Shown here one piece after another: positions 56,071 to 64,000 of a DNA stretch of 64,000 nt (position 1 is its first letter; each line of letters opens with the position of its first letter). The translations under genes and the position numbers were made by a program. This DNA is from an uncultured Bacillota bacterium. GTDB taxonomy: Bacteria; Bacillota; Clostridia; Christensenellales; UBA1242. The notes under the pieces were generated by a model. The model did no database searches. It saw only the letters and a program-made list of their open reading frames with translations, and was not told where the DNA came from. The DNA lies in the NCBI GenBank assembly GCA_949283975.1, contig CASDUK010000001.1, positions 218,764 to 282,763 of the forward strand, read 5' to 3'.

Positions 56071-57354
56071 ATGATCTCAATAGAAATGATTAAAAACGAC
56101 CAAGAAAAAGTCGAGCGCGCAATTGAAAAGCGCGGAATGAAAATAGATTTTAAACCTTTGTTTGAGTTGGATTCAAAACGAAGAGAACTTTTAAACAAGG
56201 TTGATGTTTTAAAATCTAAAAGGAATCAGGAAAGCGCAAAAGTTCCAGCTCTAAAAAAAGAGGGGAAAGATTGCAGCGAAATATTTAAAGAAATGAAAAA
56301 ACTTGGAGAGGAAATTTCTTCCTTAGACGAAAAGGTTTCAAAAGTTGAAGAAGAAATTTTTAACTTCCTTGCGCCAATTCCAAATTTGGTTGATGAAGAC
56401 GTTGTTCCAGGAGGAAAGGAGGCAAATGAGGAAGTTAGAAGCTTTGGTGAAAAGCCAACTTTTCCTTTCCAGCCGCTTTCTCATATTGATCTTTGCAAAA
56501 TTAATGGGTTCATTGATTATCAAGCCGGCGCAAAGCTTTCTGGAAATGGCCACTGGATTTACACAGGCGAAGGCGCAGAACTTGAATGGGCGCTTATAAA
56601 CTATTTTATCAACCAACATCTTGAGGACGGATATAAGTTTATTTTGCCGCCACATATGCTTGGATATAAATGTGGGTTTATTGCCGGCCAGTTTCCAAAA
56701 TTTGACGATGAAGTTTATTGGCTAGACGAAAAATCTAAAACGGGGAAATTTTTGCTTCCAACTGCCGAAACGCCTCTTGCAAGTATGTATCAAGACTCAA
56801 TTATTCCAGAGCAAGAACTTCCAATTAAAATGTTTGCCTACACGCCTTGCTATCGCCGCGAAGCTGGAAGCTATCGAACGGAAGAGCGCGGAATGATTAG
56901 AGGCCACCAATTTAACAAAGTTGAAATGTTCCAAATAACAACGCCAGAAGGGTCTGACGCCGCTTTTGATGAACTTGTTTCTAAGGCCGAAAAATTGGTT
57001 TTGGGGCTTGGCCTTCATTTTAGAACAACAAAACTTGCAGCAGAAGATGTTAGTGCAACAATGGCAAGGACATATGACATTGAAATTTGGATTCCAAGCA
57101 TGGGAATTTATAAGGAAGTTAGTTCAGCTTCTAACGCAAGGGATTATCAAGCAAGGCGCGGGAACATAAAATTTAGGGATTCCAAAACTCAAAAAACGCT
57201 TTTTGTTAATACTTTAAATGCAAGCGGGCTTGCAACAAGCCGCCTGTTTCCAGCGCTTTTAGAGCAATATCAAAATGAAGATGGAACAATTCGTGTTCCA
57301 AAGGTTTTACAACCGTTTATGAGGGGAAAAACTGTTATAGGAAAGGGAAAATAA
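56071..57354 (+). CDS. serS: Serine--tRNA ligase
   Basis: An N-terminal coiled coil, PTAETPL, YTPCYRREAGS, and GLATSR fit SerS. Confidence 0.95.
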   Translation: MISIEMIKNDQEKVERAIEKRGMKIDFKPLFELDSKRRELLNKVDVLKSKRNQESAKVPALKKEGKDCSEIFKEMKKLGEEISSLDEKVSKVEEEIFNFLAPIPNLVDEDVVPGGKEANEEVRSFGEKPTFPFQPLSHIDLCKINGFIDYQAGAKLSGNGHWIYTGEGAELEWALINYFINQHLEDGYKFILPPHMLGYKCGFIAGQFPKFDDEVYWLDEKSKTGKFLLPTAETPLASMYQDSIIPEQELPIKMFAYTPCYRREAGSYRTEERGMIRGHQFNKVEMFQITTPEGSDAAFDELVSKAEKLVLGLGLHFRTTKLAAEDVSATMARTYDIEIWIPSMGIYKEVSSASNARDYQARRGNIKFRDSKTQKTLFVNTLNASGLATSRLFPALLEQYQNEDGTIRVPKVLQPFMRGKTVIGKGK

Positions 57355-57355
57355 T

Positions 57356-58372
57356 TTGAAGAAGGGAAAAGTTTTAGATAAGGGAATGATTGAAGACTTT
57401 GCGCAAAAGGTTAGTGATGATTCTGCGCGTAAGGTTTTCTATTTAATCTCTGAATATGTTGACGAAATTGCAACATCTCTTTTTCAAACGAATCCGCTTT
57501 TAAATGTTCAAAACATTGAGCTACTTATGGCGGGGGATTTGCTTACAGGAACATTTTTAAGCATTTCCGAGCCGGAATTCTATCTTTCTGTTCGCTCTGC
57601 ACAAATTGAAATTAATTCTGTTGGCCCAATGGAAAACAAGTTTAAAATCATGTGGAAAAGGTTTAAATCTGCTTGGGCAACGAGAGATAAGAACACAAAA
57701 AGATATCAGAAGAAAGAAAAGAAAAAAGCGTTAAAGAAGGGCTCTGAGATAACCGAAAAACAACTTTTAGAGAAAAAGGAAAAGCCATATTCGCTTTTAG
57801 ATTTTAAAAATGATTTTTTTGAAGGCCTTGTTCAAAACATGACGAATATGACGGTTTTATATAACACCCCAAGTAAAATTAGAATTTTGGCAAGAGATGA
57901 ATTTGGCTTTAGAATTAACATAAACCCAGTTATCAAGCATGATGATTATTATAAAGTTTGGAACTCAAGTTCAAATAAGTTTATAGAAGTTTCTTTGGAA
58001 AAAGCTAAAAAGCTTTTAGAGGATAAAACGGCCGAAATTTCAAAGTTGAATTCCGTTGAATTTAACGACTTAGATTTGCTTTATAAAATAATTAGAATAT
58101 TTAAAAATTTATATTACAACCTTTGTCATTCATATAACTATCAATTTGTTGAAAGTTTAATCTATTTTTGTCCAAGTTCGCTTTTTAAAGTTGAAGAGGA
58201 AGAGAATTATATTTATAATGTCTTTTTAAAGGTTTTAAACTATTTAAATAATGTCTCACTTGCCGATGTAAGATCAATCTACAACCAAGAGGCTAGTCTT
58301 TTTAAACAACACAATATTTCAATTTTTCAAATTAAAGGTTTTTTAAAGGATATAAAAAATTATTTAGAATAG
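57356..58372 (+). CDS. Hypothetical protein with a divergent Pol-beta-superfamily nucleotidyltransferase-like N-terminus
   Basis: LLMAGDLLTGTFLSISEPEFYL fits hG[GS]x9-13[DE]h[DE]h except that D replaces S. A Lys-rich insert follows, then RILARDEFGFRININPV and a helical C-terminus. The TTG start lies 1 nt after the serS stop codon. Confidence 0.45.
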   Translation: MKKGKVLDKGMIEDFAQKVSDDSARKVFYLISEYVDEIATSLFQTNPLLNVQNIELLMAGDLLTGTFLSISEPEFYLSVRSAQIEINSVGPMENKFKIMWKRFKSAWATRDKNTKRYQKKEKKKALKKGSEITEKQLLEKKEKPYSLLDFKNDFFEGLVQNMTNMTVLYNTPSKIRILARDEFGFRININPVIKHDDYYKVWNSSSNKFIEVSLEKAKKLLEDKTAEISKLNSVEFNDLDLLYKIIRIFKNLYYNLCHSYNYQFVESLIYFCPSSLFKVEEEENYIYNVFLKVLNYLNNVSLADVRSIYNQEASLFKQHNISIFQIKGFLKDIKNYLE

Positions 58373-58381
58373 AGGAGGGAT

Positions 58382-58798
58382 ATGAAAAGTTTTAGAAAAG
58401 AACTTTGGTTTAAATTTCCAAAGCGCCGCGGCCTTGTTAACATAACAGGAGATGTTCAAGACGCAGTTACTGAAAGCCAAATTAAAGAAGGCCTTGTTTT
58501 AGTTAATGCAATGAACATAACGGCAAGCGTTTTTATTAATGATGACGAAAGCGGGCTTCATCAAGATTTTGAAACCTGGCTTGAAAAACTTGCGCCAGAA
58601 AAGCCTTATAGCCAATATCATCACAACGGTTATGAAGACAATGCAGATGCCCACCTTAAAAGAACAATTATGGGCAGGGAAGTTGTTGTTGCAATTACAA
58701 ATGGCAAATTAGATTTTGGAACTTGGGAACAAATTTTTTATTATGAACTTGACGGAATGAGAAATAAGCATGTCTTAATAAAAATAATTGGAGAGTAG
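58382..58798 (+). CDS. YjbQ/UPF0047-family protein (secondary thiamine-phosphate synthase-like)
   Basis: LVNITGDVQ...[36 protein letters not shown]...[18 protein letters not shown]...[13 protein letters not shown] matches the family. Confidence 0.85.
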   Translation: MKSFRKELWFKFPKRRGLVNITGDVQDAVTESQIKEGLVLVNAMNITASVFINDDESGLHQDFETWLEKLAPEKPYSQYHHNGYEDNADAHLKRTIMGREVVVAITNGKLDFGTWEQIFYYELDGMRNKHVLIKIIGE

Positions 58799-58847
58799 CA
58801 ACAAATTGCGGTATTATATATTTATAATACACAATATCTAGTTAAAT

Positions 58848-58884
58848 TAAAAAAAGAATAACCCAAAGGATTATTCTTTTTTTT
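58848..58884. terminator. Bidirectional intrinsic terminator
   Basis: AAGAATAA-CCCAAAGGA-TTATTCTT is flanked by A- and T-runs. Confidence 0.7.
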
Positions 58885-58970
58885 GGTGCGGAAAACAGGA
58901 TTTGAACCTGCAAGGAATTTCTTCCACTAGAATCTGAATCTAGCGCGTCTACCAATTTCGCCATTTCCGC
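58884..58970 (-). tRNA. tRNA-Leu (anticodon CAG)
   Basis: The reverse complement is GCGGAAATGGCGAAATTGGTAGACGCGCTAGATTCAGATTCTAGTGGAAGAAATTCCTTGCAGGTTCAAATCCTGTTTTCCGCACCA. Confidence 0.9.
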
Positions 58971-58977
58971 ATTAAAA

Positions 58978-59421
58978 TTATTCTGCCTCAACAATAAGAG
59001 CAAAGTTTGTTGAAATTTCTGGATATATTTTAGCAGTTATCGTGTAGTTCCCAACAGATTTAATTGGCGAGGGAAGGACAATTTTTTTCTTGTCTAAATT
59101 AATTCCTTCCTTCAACAGAGCATTTGAAATTTCTTGGCTTGTAATTCCTCCAAAGATTTTTCCGTTTTCTCCGGCTTTAACCGTTAGGTGAAGAGTTTTG
59201 GTTTTTAAAAGCGCGGCAAGTTCTTTGGCTTCTTTAATTTCAACAGATTTATGATAGGCCATTGCTTCTTTTTGTTGCCTATTTTCGTTTAGAGCGGCAG
59301 AAGTTGCCTCTTTTGCAAGGCCTTGTTTTAAAAGAAAATTTCGCGCATAACCGTCTGTAACATTGACGATTTCGCCCTTTTTCCCGCTTCCTTTAACATC
59401 TTTAAGAAGAACAACTTGCAT
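58978..59421 (-). CDS. rplI: 50S ribosomal protein L9
   Basis: [30 protein letters not shown] matches L9. The listed longer start was rejected. Confidence 0.9.
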   Translation of the reverse strand: MQVVLLKDVKGSGKKGEIVNVTDGYARNFLLKQGLAKEATSAALNENRQQKEAMAYHKSVEIKEAKELAALLKTKTLHLTVKAGENGKIFGGITSQEISNALLKEGINLDKKKIVLPSPIKSVGNYTITAKIYPEISTNFALIVEAE

Positions 59422-59533
59422 AAAACACCTCGCACACAATAATTCTATCCAATCCAAGCCAAATTGTCAAGAAAAAGAGCAGACTTTGGAATATTCTTAT
59501 TTAACTTAGGGAAAACTTATTTTGAGGAATGTT

Positions 59534-59878
59534 ATGGATATTAGGTGCAGAAAGACAACATGCAAATTTAACAAAGACCACACATGCCAAGCAAAATCTA
59601 TTTTAGTAGATAGAAAGGTTTCGTGTTCAACATATCAACTTTCTTCAGAGGCTCTTAAAGGAAAAAACAATCGGCAAGGACTTTTGGATAAAGCGGAGGA
59701 CTATTCAGAAAGAATGTTTGAAAAACCCCCTAAAAATGCACCGATGAGAAACAGAAAAAAAATTGAAATATCTTGCAAGGCAGACTGCCTTTTTAACAAT
59801 AACGGAATTTGCAGGGCAAACGGGATTACTGTTAACGATGTAAACTATCCGGTTTGCATGGGCTATTTGCCGAAATAG
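59534..59878 (+). CDS. DUF1540-like Cys-rich protein (two repeats)
   Basis: CRKTTCKFNKDHTCQAKSILVD and CKADCLFNNNGICRANGITVN are the two repeats. Confidence 0.6.
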   Translation: MDIRCRKTTCKFNKDHTCQAKSILVDRKVSCSTYQLSSEALKGKNNRQGLLDKAEDYSERMFEKPPKNAPMRNRKKIEISCKADCLFNNNGICRANGITVNDVNYPVCMGYLPK

Positions 59879-60071
59879 GGGAACTATTTTATCAAAAAAA
59901 GAGGCCTTTAACTATTCGCAAAAGACACATTTTGCGAATAGTTAAGGCCATTTTCGGCGGGTTTTTGGGATATTATGCATTTTTTATAATTTTGCTTTGC
60001 TTTTATAAATTTGTTTGATTATAAATATTAATTTTTTTTCTTTGCATAATATAAAAAAGCCAACTTATTAG

Positions 60072-60611
60072 CTAGCTTTTTTTGTTTAATATTCCTTCTA
60101 TAATTTCAACTGTTTTATCCAAATTGTCATTTTGAATTATAAGATTATAATTTGGCCTGTGGGCGCTTTCAAATTCAAAGCGTTCCATTCTTTTATCTAT
60201 GTTCTTTTCGCCTCTAAGTTTTAACCTTCTAATAAGCTCTTGTTTTGGAACATCTAAAAAGATTGAAACAATTTTAACCTTATTTCCAAGGCGCTCTGTC
60301 ATGTTCTTTTGCCCCAAAACGCCAATGTCTTTAATATAATTTGTTCCTGAAAAGACGTCATCAATTGAACTTTTTAAAATTCCATAATAGTTTCCATGGA
60401 TTTCTTCATATTCGAAAAGTTCGTTGTTTTTGATTTTGTTTTCAAATTCTTCTCTTGTTAAAAATATGTATGAATCTGTTTCATCATCACGGTTTTCTTT
60501 GCTTCTTGAGGTGCAAGATTTTAGATATTTTAAAGTTGGGCTTTTCTTTAAAAGATGGCTAATAACAGTGTTCTTTCCCGCCCCTGAGCAACCGGAAATT
60601 AAAATTAGCAT
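60072..60611 (-). CDS. Guanylate-kinase-family P-loop kinase
   Basis: LISGCSGAGKNTV, SCTSRSKENRDDETDSYIFLTREEFE, and EYEEIHGNYYGI fit the family. Confidence 0.65.
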   Translation of the reverse strand: MLILISGCSGAGKNTVISHLLKKSPTLKYLKSCTSRSKENRDDETDSYIFLTREEFENKIKNNELFEYEEIHGNYYGILKSSIDDVFSGTNYIKDIGVLGQKNMTERLGNKVKIVSIFLDVPKQELIRRLKLRGEKNIDKRMERFEFESAHRPNYNLIIQNDNLDKTVEIIEGILNKKS

Positions 60612-60678
60612 GCAAATCTCTCCTTACATGCTAATTTTAAATGTTTTAAAGTCTTTTGTCAAACGATTAGGTTTGATT

Positions 60679-61836
60679 TTACCAGTTCTCTATTATTTCT
60701 TTTAAGCTTTCGCCGTATGTGATTGCTGGAATTTCCGTTCCAACAACAGCGTCAATTGTCTTTATAACAACTCCGTCCTTACTTATTGAAACTGTTCCAA
60801 CTTTTTCTTTTGAGGCAAGCGGTGCGCATACCTTTTCGTCGATTTCAACGGTTACGGCATATTCTGCGCTATCGCCTTTTCTTGAAACAACAGAGAAATC
60901 TTCTGCCGCATAAACTGGAATGGTTTTAATTTTGCTTCGTAAAACATCTGTTTCAATCAAACTTTCGCTTGATGATATAATCTTTTTATTTTCAAAGTTA
61001 CTAAATCCATATGTTAAAAGTTTTGAAGTTTCATTAAACCTAAGCGTTGCATCCTTTGCACCCAAAACAACGGCAATAAGCCTCATTCCGTTTCGCTCTG
61101 CTGTTGCCGATAGACAATAGCCGGCTTCGTCTGTTGAGCCTGTTTTTCCGCCATCACAGCCCTTAAAATACCTTATAAGTTTATTTGTATTGATAACATC
61201 TGTTTCCCGGCCAGAAGGATGCGTTAACTTGTCCATCCAAATTGTGCTGTAATTAAAATAATCTTTAATTTTCAAAACTTCCTTAGTAAGTTTTGCAACA
61301 TCTCTTGCCGTTGAATATTGCCCGGGCTCTGGAAGGCCGCTTGCATTTACATAAACAGTGTCGTTTAGTCCAAGTTCTTTTGCCCTTTGGTTCATTTTTT
61401 TAACAAAGGCTTGTTCTGTTCCTGAAATTTTTTCTGCCAGGGCAACGCTTGCATCATTTGCAGACGCAACAATAACGCTTTTTAACATGTCTTCAACGCT
61501 GTAATCAACGAAAGGGTCGATAAAAACTTGGCTTCCGCCCATTGAAGAAGCATTTTCTGTTGTTGTAATCATTTCATCAAGGCTTAAATTACCGGCCTCA
61601 ATTTCTTCAAAAGTTAGTAAAATTGTCATAAGTTTTACAATTGATGCAACTTGAACCTTTTCATCTGGGTTTTGGTTAAAAAGAACTTCGCCGCTGTCAT
61701 AATCAATCAAAATTGCAGATTTTGCATCAATTGATAAATCTGCGCTTTCGGCGCTTGCAAAATCAATTTTAAAACTAGATAATGCGCATGCTATGCACAT
61801 AATACCGCAAAATATTGCGAAACCAAACTTTTTCAT
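60679..61836 (-). CDS. Serine-type D-Ala-D-Ala carboxypeptidase (DacB/DacF-like)
   Basis: A signal peptide, the SxxK motif (ASIVKLMT), SANDAS, and KTGST fit this class. Confidence 0.85.
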   Translation of the reverse strand: MKKFGFAIFCGIMCIACALSSFKIDFASAESADLSIDAKSAILIDYDSGEVLFNQNPDEKVQVASIVKLMTILLTFEEIEAGNLSLDEMITTTENASSMGGSQVFIDPFVDYSVEDMLKSVIVASANDASVALAEKISGTEQAFVKKMNQRAKELGLNDTVYVNASGLPEPGQYSTARDVAKLTKEVLKIKDYFNYSTIWMDKLTHPSGRETDVINTNKLIRYFKGCDGGKTGSTDEAGYCLSATAERNGMRLIAVVLGAKDATLRFNETSKLLTYGFSNFENKKIISSSESLIETDVLRSKIKTIPVYAAEDFSVVSRKGDSAEYAVTVEIDEKVCAPLASKEKVGTVSISKDGVVIKTIDAVVGTEIPAITYGESLKEIIENW

Positions 61837-61893
61837 AGATTTTCAATGCTCCTTTTAATCTACTTTAGTTTGGCTATCCGTTTGAAAAATATT

Positions 61894-62511
61894 CTATAAA
61901 ACCAAAATTATTTTGCTTGAAAAAAAGTAAAGAAGCATGGTTTCAATTCCGTTTAAAATAACAAGAGCAATTAGTGTTATTAAAAACTTATCCCAAATTT
62001 TACATGTTGATCCATATCTTCGCTTTAAAACTGCCCTTTTGCAGCTAATTGAACAAAACAAACTAATTATTAGCAAGCTAAGCAACTGGCAAGGAAATAT
62101 AATTAAAAGACATGTTATAAAGCCGCCAAGGCCGTTTACAATTATAATCAGCGAACAGTTTAAGGTTAATAAATATGCGCGATAGGTAACTAAAATAAAA
62201 TTAATTGGAATTAGAAAAATTGAAAAGGAACAAATTAAAGTTAAAACAACAATAACAATTGTTGAAAGCAGCCTTGAAAAGAAAAGGTCGCCCGTTCCAA
62301 GTTCTCCTGAAAGATATTGAGAGAGAGAAAAATCGTTAAAGTTAATTAGCGACGCTCCGTTTGAATATCTAATTGCGGTAAAAATTCCCGTTAAAAGGCC
62401 AATTAGGCAAAAGAGAATAAGAAACAAGGTTGTCTTCTTATTTTCTTTAAAGGTATCGAAAAGTTTATATTTAATCCCGCCAAATCTCCGCGAAAAGCTT
62501 TGATTTTTCAT
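61894..62511 (-). CDS. spoIIM: Stage II sporulation protein M-like membrane protein
   Basis: A ~205 aa protein with five TM segments, located next to spoIVB and dacB. The assignment rests on topology and context. Confidence 0.5.
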   Translation of the reverse strand: MKNQSFSRRFGGIKYKLFDTFKENKKTTLFLILFCLIGLLTGIFTAIRYSNGASLINFNDFSLSQYLSGELGTGDLFFSRLLSTIVIVVLTLICSFSIFLIPINFILVTYRAYLLTLNCSLIIIVNGLGGFITCLLIIFPCQLLSLLIISLFCSISCKRAVLKRRYGSTCKIWDKFLITLIALVILNGIETMLLYFFSSKIILVL

Positions 62512-62550
62512 GGTTTAATATATTCACTTTTTCGACATAAAATTACAAAA

Positions 62551-63777
62551 TTATGCCGCAAGCATCCAATCTATATAAACTCCATATCCTTTGGTTGGGT
62601 CTGAAACAAAAACATGGGTAACTGCGCCAACAACCTTTCCGTTTTGCAAAATTGGGCTTCCGCTCATTCCTTGAATTATTCCTCCGGTTAAGTTTAAAAG
62701 CCGTTTGTCTGTAACTCTAAAAACAAAGCTTTTGTCGCTTGAAGAAGGCTGGTAATTTGCCTTTATTATTTCAATTTCATATTCTTCGCTAACGCCGCTT
62801 ATAGAACTTATTAATGTTGCCTTTCCTGGTTTCATTGTTAGGCGGCTTGCAACTTCTGCTATTTTGTTTAAATCAACAATTTTTGATTTGTCTGTTATAT
62901 TCCCAAAAACGCCAAATTCTGTGTTCTTTTCAATTGTTCCCTTTTGGCTTTTTCCTTGCATAAAAACGCCTTTAATTTCCCCCGGGCTTCCCTTTTCGCC
63001 CTTCTCTAAACCAACGACATTGCACGGGTAAACCTTTCCGCTTTTTGCTGGAACAAATGCCCCTGTTTCATAGTCTGTTATTGGATGGCCAAGAGCGCCA
63101 AAATCAAGCGAATCGGCCTCAACATATGTTAAAGTTCCAACCCCCGCGGCGTCATTTTTAACCCAAAGCCCAAGTTTATATTCTCCGTCCTCCTTATCTA
63201 AAACGGGTTTAAGCGTTAGATTTAGTTCTTCCTTGTTTCTTAAAACACACAATTTTAACTCTTCTCCATCAAAAGAATCGGAATTTAAAACCTCTTCAAG
63301 ATCTTCAATTGTTGAAACCTTTTTGTCATTGATTGAAAGAATAATGTCGCCGCGCTTCAACTTTGAATTTTGAAGCGTGTCAACCGCGCCATTTTCTGTT
63401 AAAACACTGTTGTTTCCAAGAACTATTAAACCATCTACATCAATAGAAAGCCCAATTGGACAGCCTCCAAGATAAACCTCTTGTTCGGCTATTAAATTTG
63501 CTTCAACAGTTTTAATTGGAATTATCCCAAAAAGCCTAAAAACAAGCGTTTTAATGCTAAACTTTTCTCCTCCAACATTTACAGTTTTTTCTTCTATATT
63601 TGCCGAAACATTGCTTCCAAAAATATTGTCCTGATTAATCTTTTCAACGTCTGAATATGTAATTGGAAGAGAGCTTGGAAGGTTGTAAACATTTAAAAGT
63701 TCGCTGTTAAAAAAAAGAAGCAAAAGCGAAAGCCCAACAACGCCAAGAAAAACCGCTATACCAATTTTTTTCTTCAT
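62551..63777 (-). CDS. spoIVB: SpoIVB signalling serine peptidase (S55)
   Basis: An N-terminal TM segment, a PDZ domain (KRGDIILSINDKKV), GTLTYV, and the catalytic GMSGSPI fit SpoIVB. Confidence 0.9.
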   Translation of the reverse strand: MKKKIGIAVFLGVVGLSLLLLFFNSELLNVYNLPSSLPITYSDVEKINQDNIFGSNVSANIEEKTVNVGGEKFSIKTLVFRLFGIIPIKTVEANLIAEQEVYLGGCPIGLSIDVDGLIVLGNNSVLTENGAVDTLQNSKLKRGDIILSINDKKVSTIEDLEEVLNSDSFDGEELKLCVLRNKEELNLTLKPVLDKEDGEYKLGLWVKNDAAGVGTLTYVEADSLDFGALGHPITDYETGAFVPAKSGKVYPCNVVGLEKGEKGSPGEIKGVFMQGKSQKGTIEKNTEFGVFGNITDKSKIVDLNKIAEVASRLTMKPGKATLISSISGVSEEYEIEIIKANYQPSSSDKSFVFRVTDKRLLNLTGGIIQGMSGSPILQNGKVVGAVTHVFVSDPTKGYGVYIDWMLAA

Positions 63778-63827
63778 CTCAAATCCCTCGTCAAAACTTT
63801 TTTTAGTTTGCGCGAATTTGATTTGGT

Positions 63828-64000
63828 TTATTCTATTGTATCTTTAAACTTGTTGTTTAAGTTTAAAAGTTCTTGTGTTAGTTCAAGCTTTTTATCGTCA
63901 AAACTTCCATAGGTTAATTTTGCAATTTCTTGGCAAATTTGTTGGTTTGATAGTTGGGTTGCTTGTGTTTCAGTTCTTCCATCTTTTTCAAATTTAGAAA
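63828..64000 (-). CDS. recN: DNA repair protein RecN, C-terminal end only (the 5' part lies outside the window)
   Basis: This gene is not in the ORF track. My minus-strand translation is ...SKFEKDGRTETQATQLSNQQICQEIAKLTYGSFDDKKLELTQELLNLNNKFKDTIE*. The RecN-like tail and its position upstream of spoIVB, as in Bacillus, support the call. Confidence 0.55.
   Translation of the reverse strand, partial: SKFEKDGRTETQATQLSNQQICQEIAKLTYGSFDDKKLELTQELLNLNNKFKDTIE

Overview
This is a low-GC chromosomal segment of a spore-forming Firmicute, probably class Clostridia, and most of it is densely packed housekeeping and sporulation genes. Recognisable genes include murC, spoVG, rplS, comM/yifB, sigG, nrnA-truB, efp, the full spoIIIAA-AH operon, nusB-xseA-xseB, proS, ylxM-ffh-rpsP-KH-rimM, and a DnaD-domain/DnaI pair. 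It also carries trxB, glmM, rny, rnhA, ogt, an ArsR/P-type ATPase metal module, fhs, cwlD, argR, a Xer-type recombinase, serS, rplI, a dacB-like gene, spoIIM, spoIVB, the 3' end of recN, and six tRNAs. The ORF track misses two edge-truncated genes (1..886 and 63828..64000, both minus strand), and several listed ORFs start too far upstream. The most notable element is a roughly 600-nt ORF-free region with higher GC than its surroundings at about 52.58-53.19 kb. It is closed by a 10-bp terminal helix and sits between a TATAAT box and an intrinsic terminator. Immediately downstream is a 4-TM protein with a D-x-x-x-D motif, followed by argR, which matches the known OLE RNA / OapA arrangement, but outside the usual xseAB-ispA...dxs neighbourhood. 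The candidates for undescribed biology are:
- A three-gene minus-strand operon at 43.5-47.7 kb, made of an adenylate-forming ligase plus two tandem HGSNAT/DUF1624-like membrane paralogs.
- A cytoplasmic BspA-type LRR protein with an unknown Cys-rich C-terminal domain.
- A BclA-like collagen-repeat protein.
- A fusion of a HEPN-like (RNxxxH) domain to a CBS pair.
- A divergent Pol-beta-like nucleotidyltransferase abutting serS.
- A membrane-tethered PadR regulator facing a di-iron-like protein.
- A set of apparently leaderless genes.

All functional calls come from reading the translations and motifs by eye. No database search was run.
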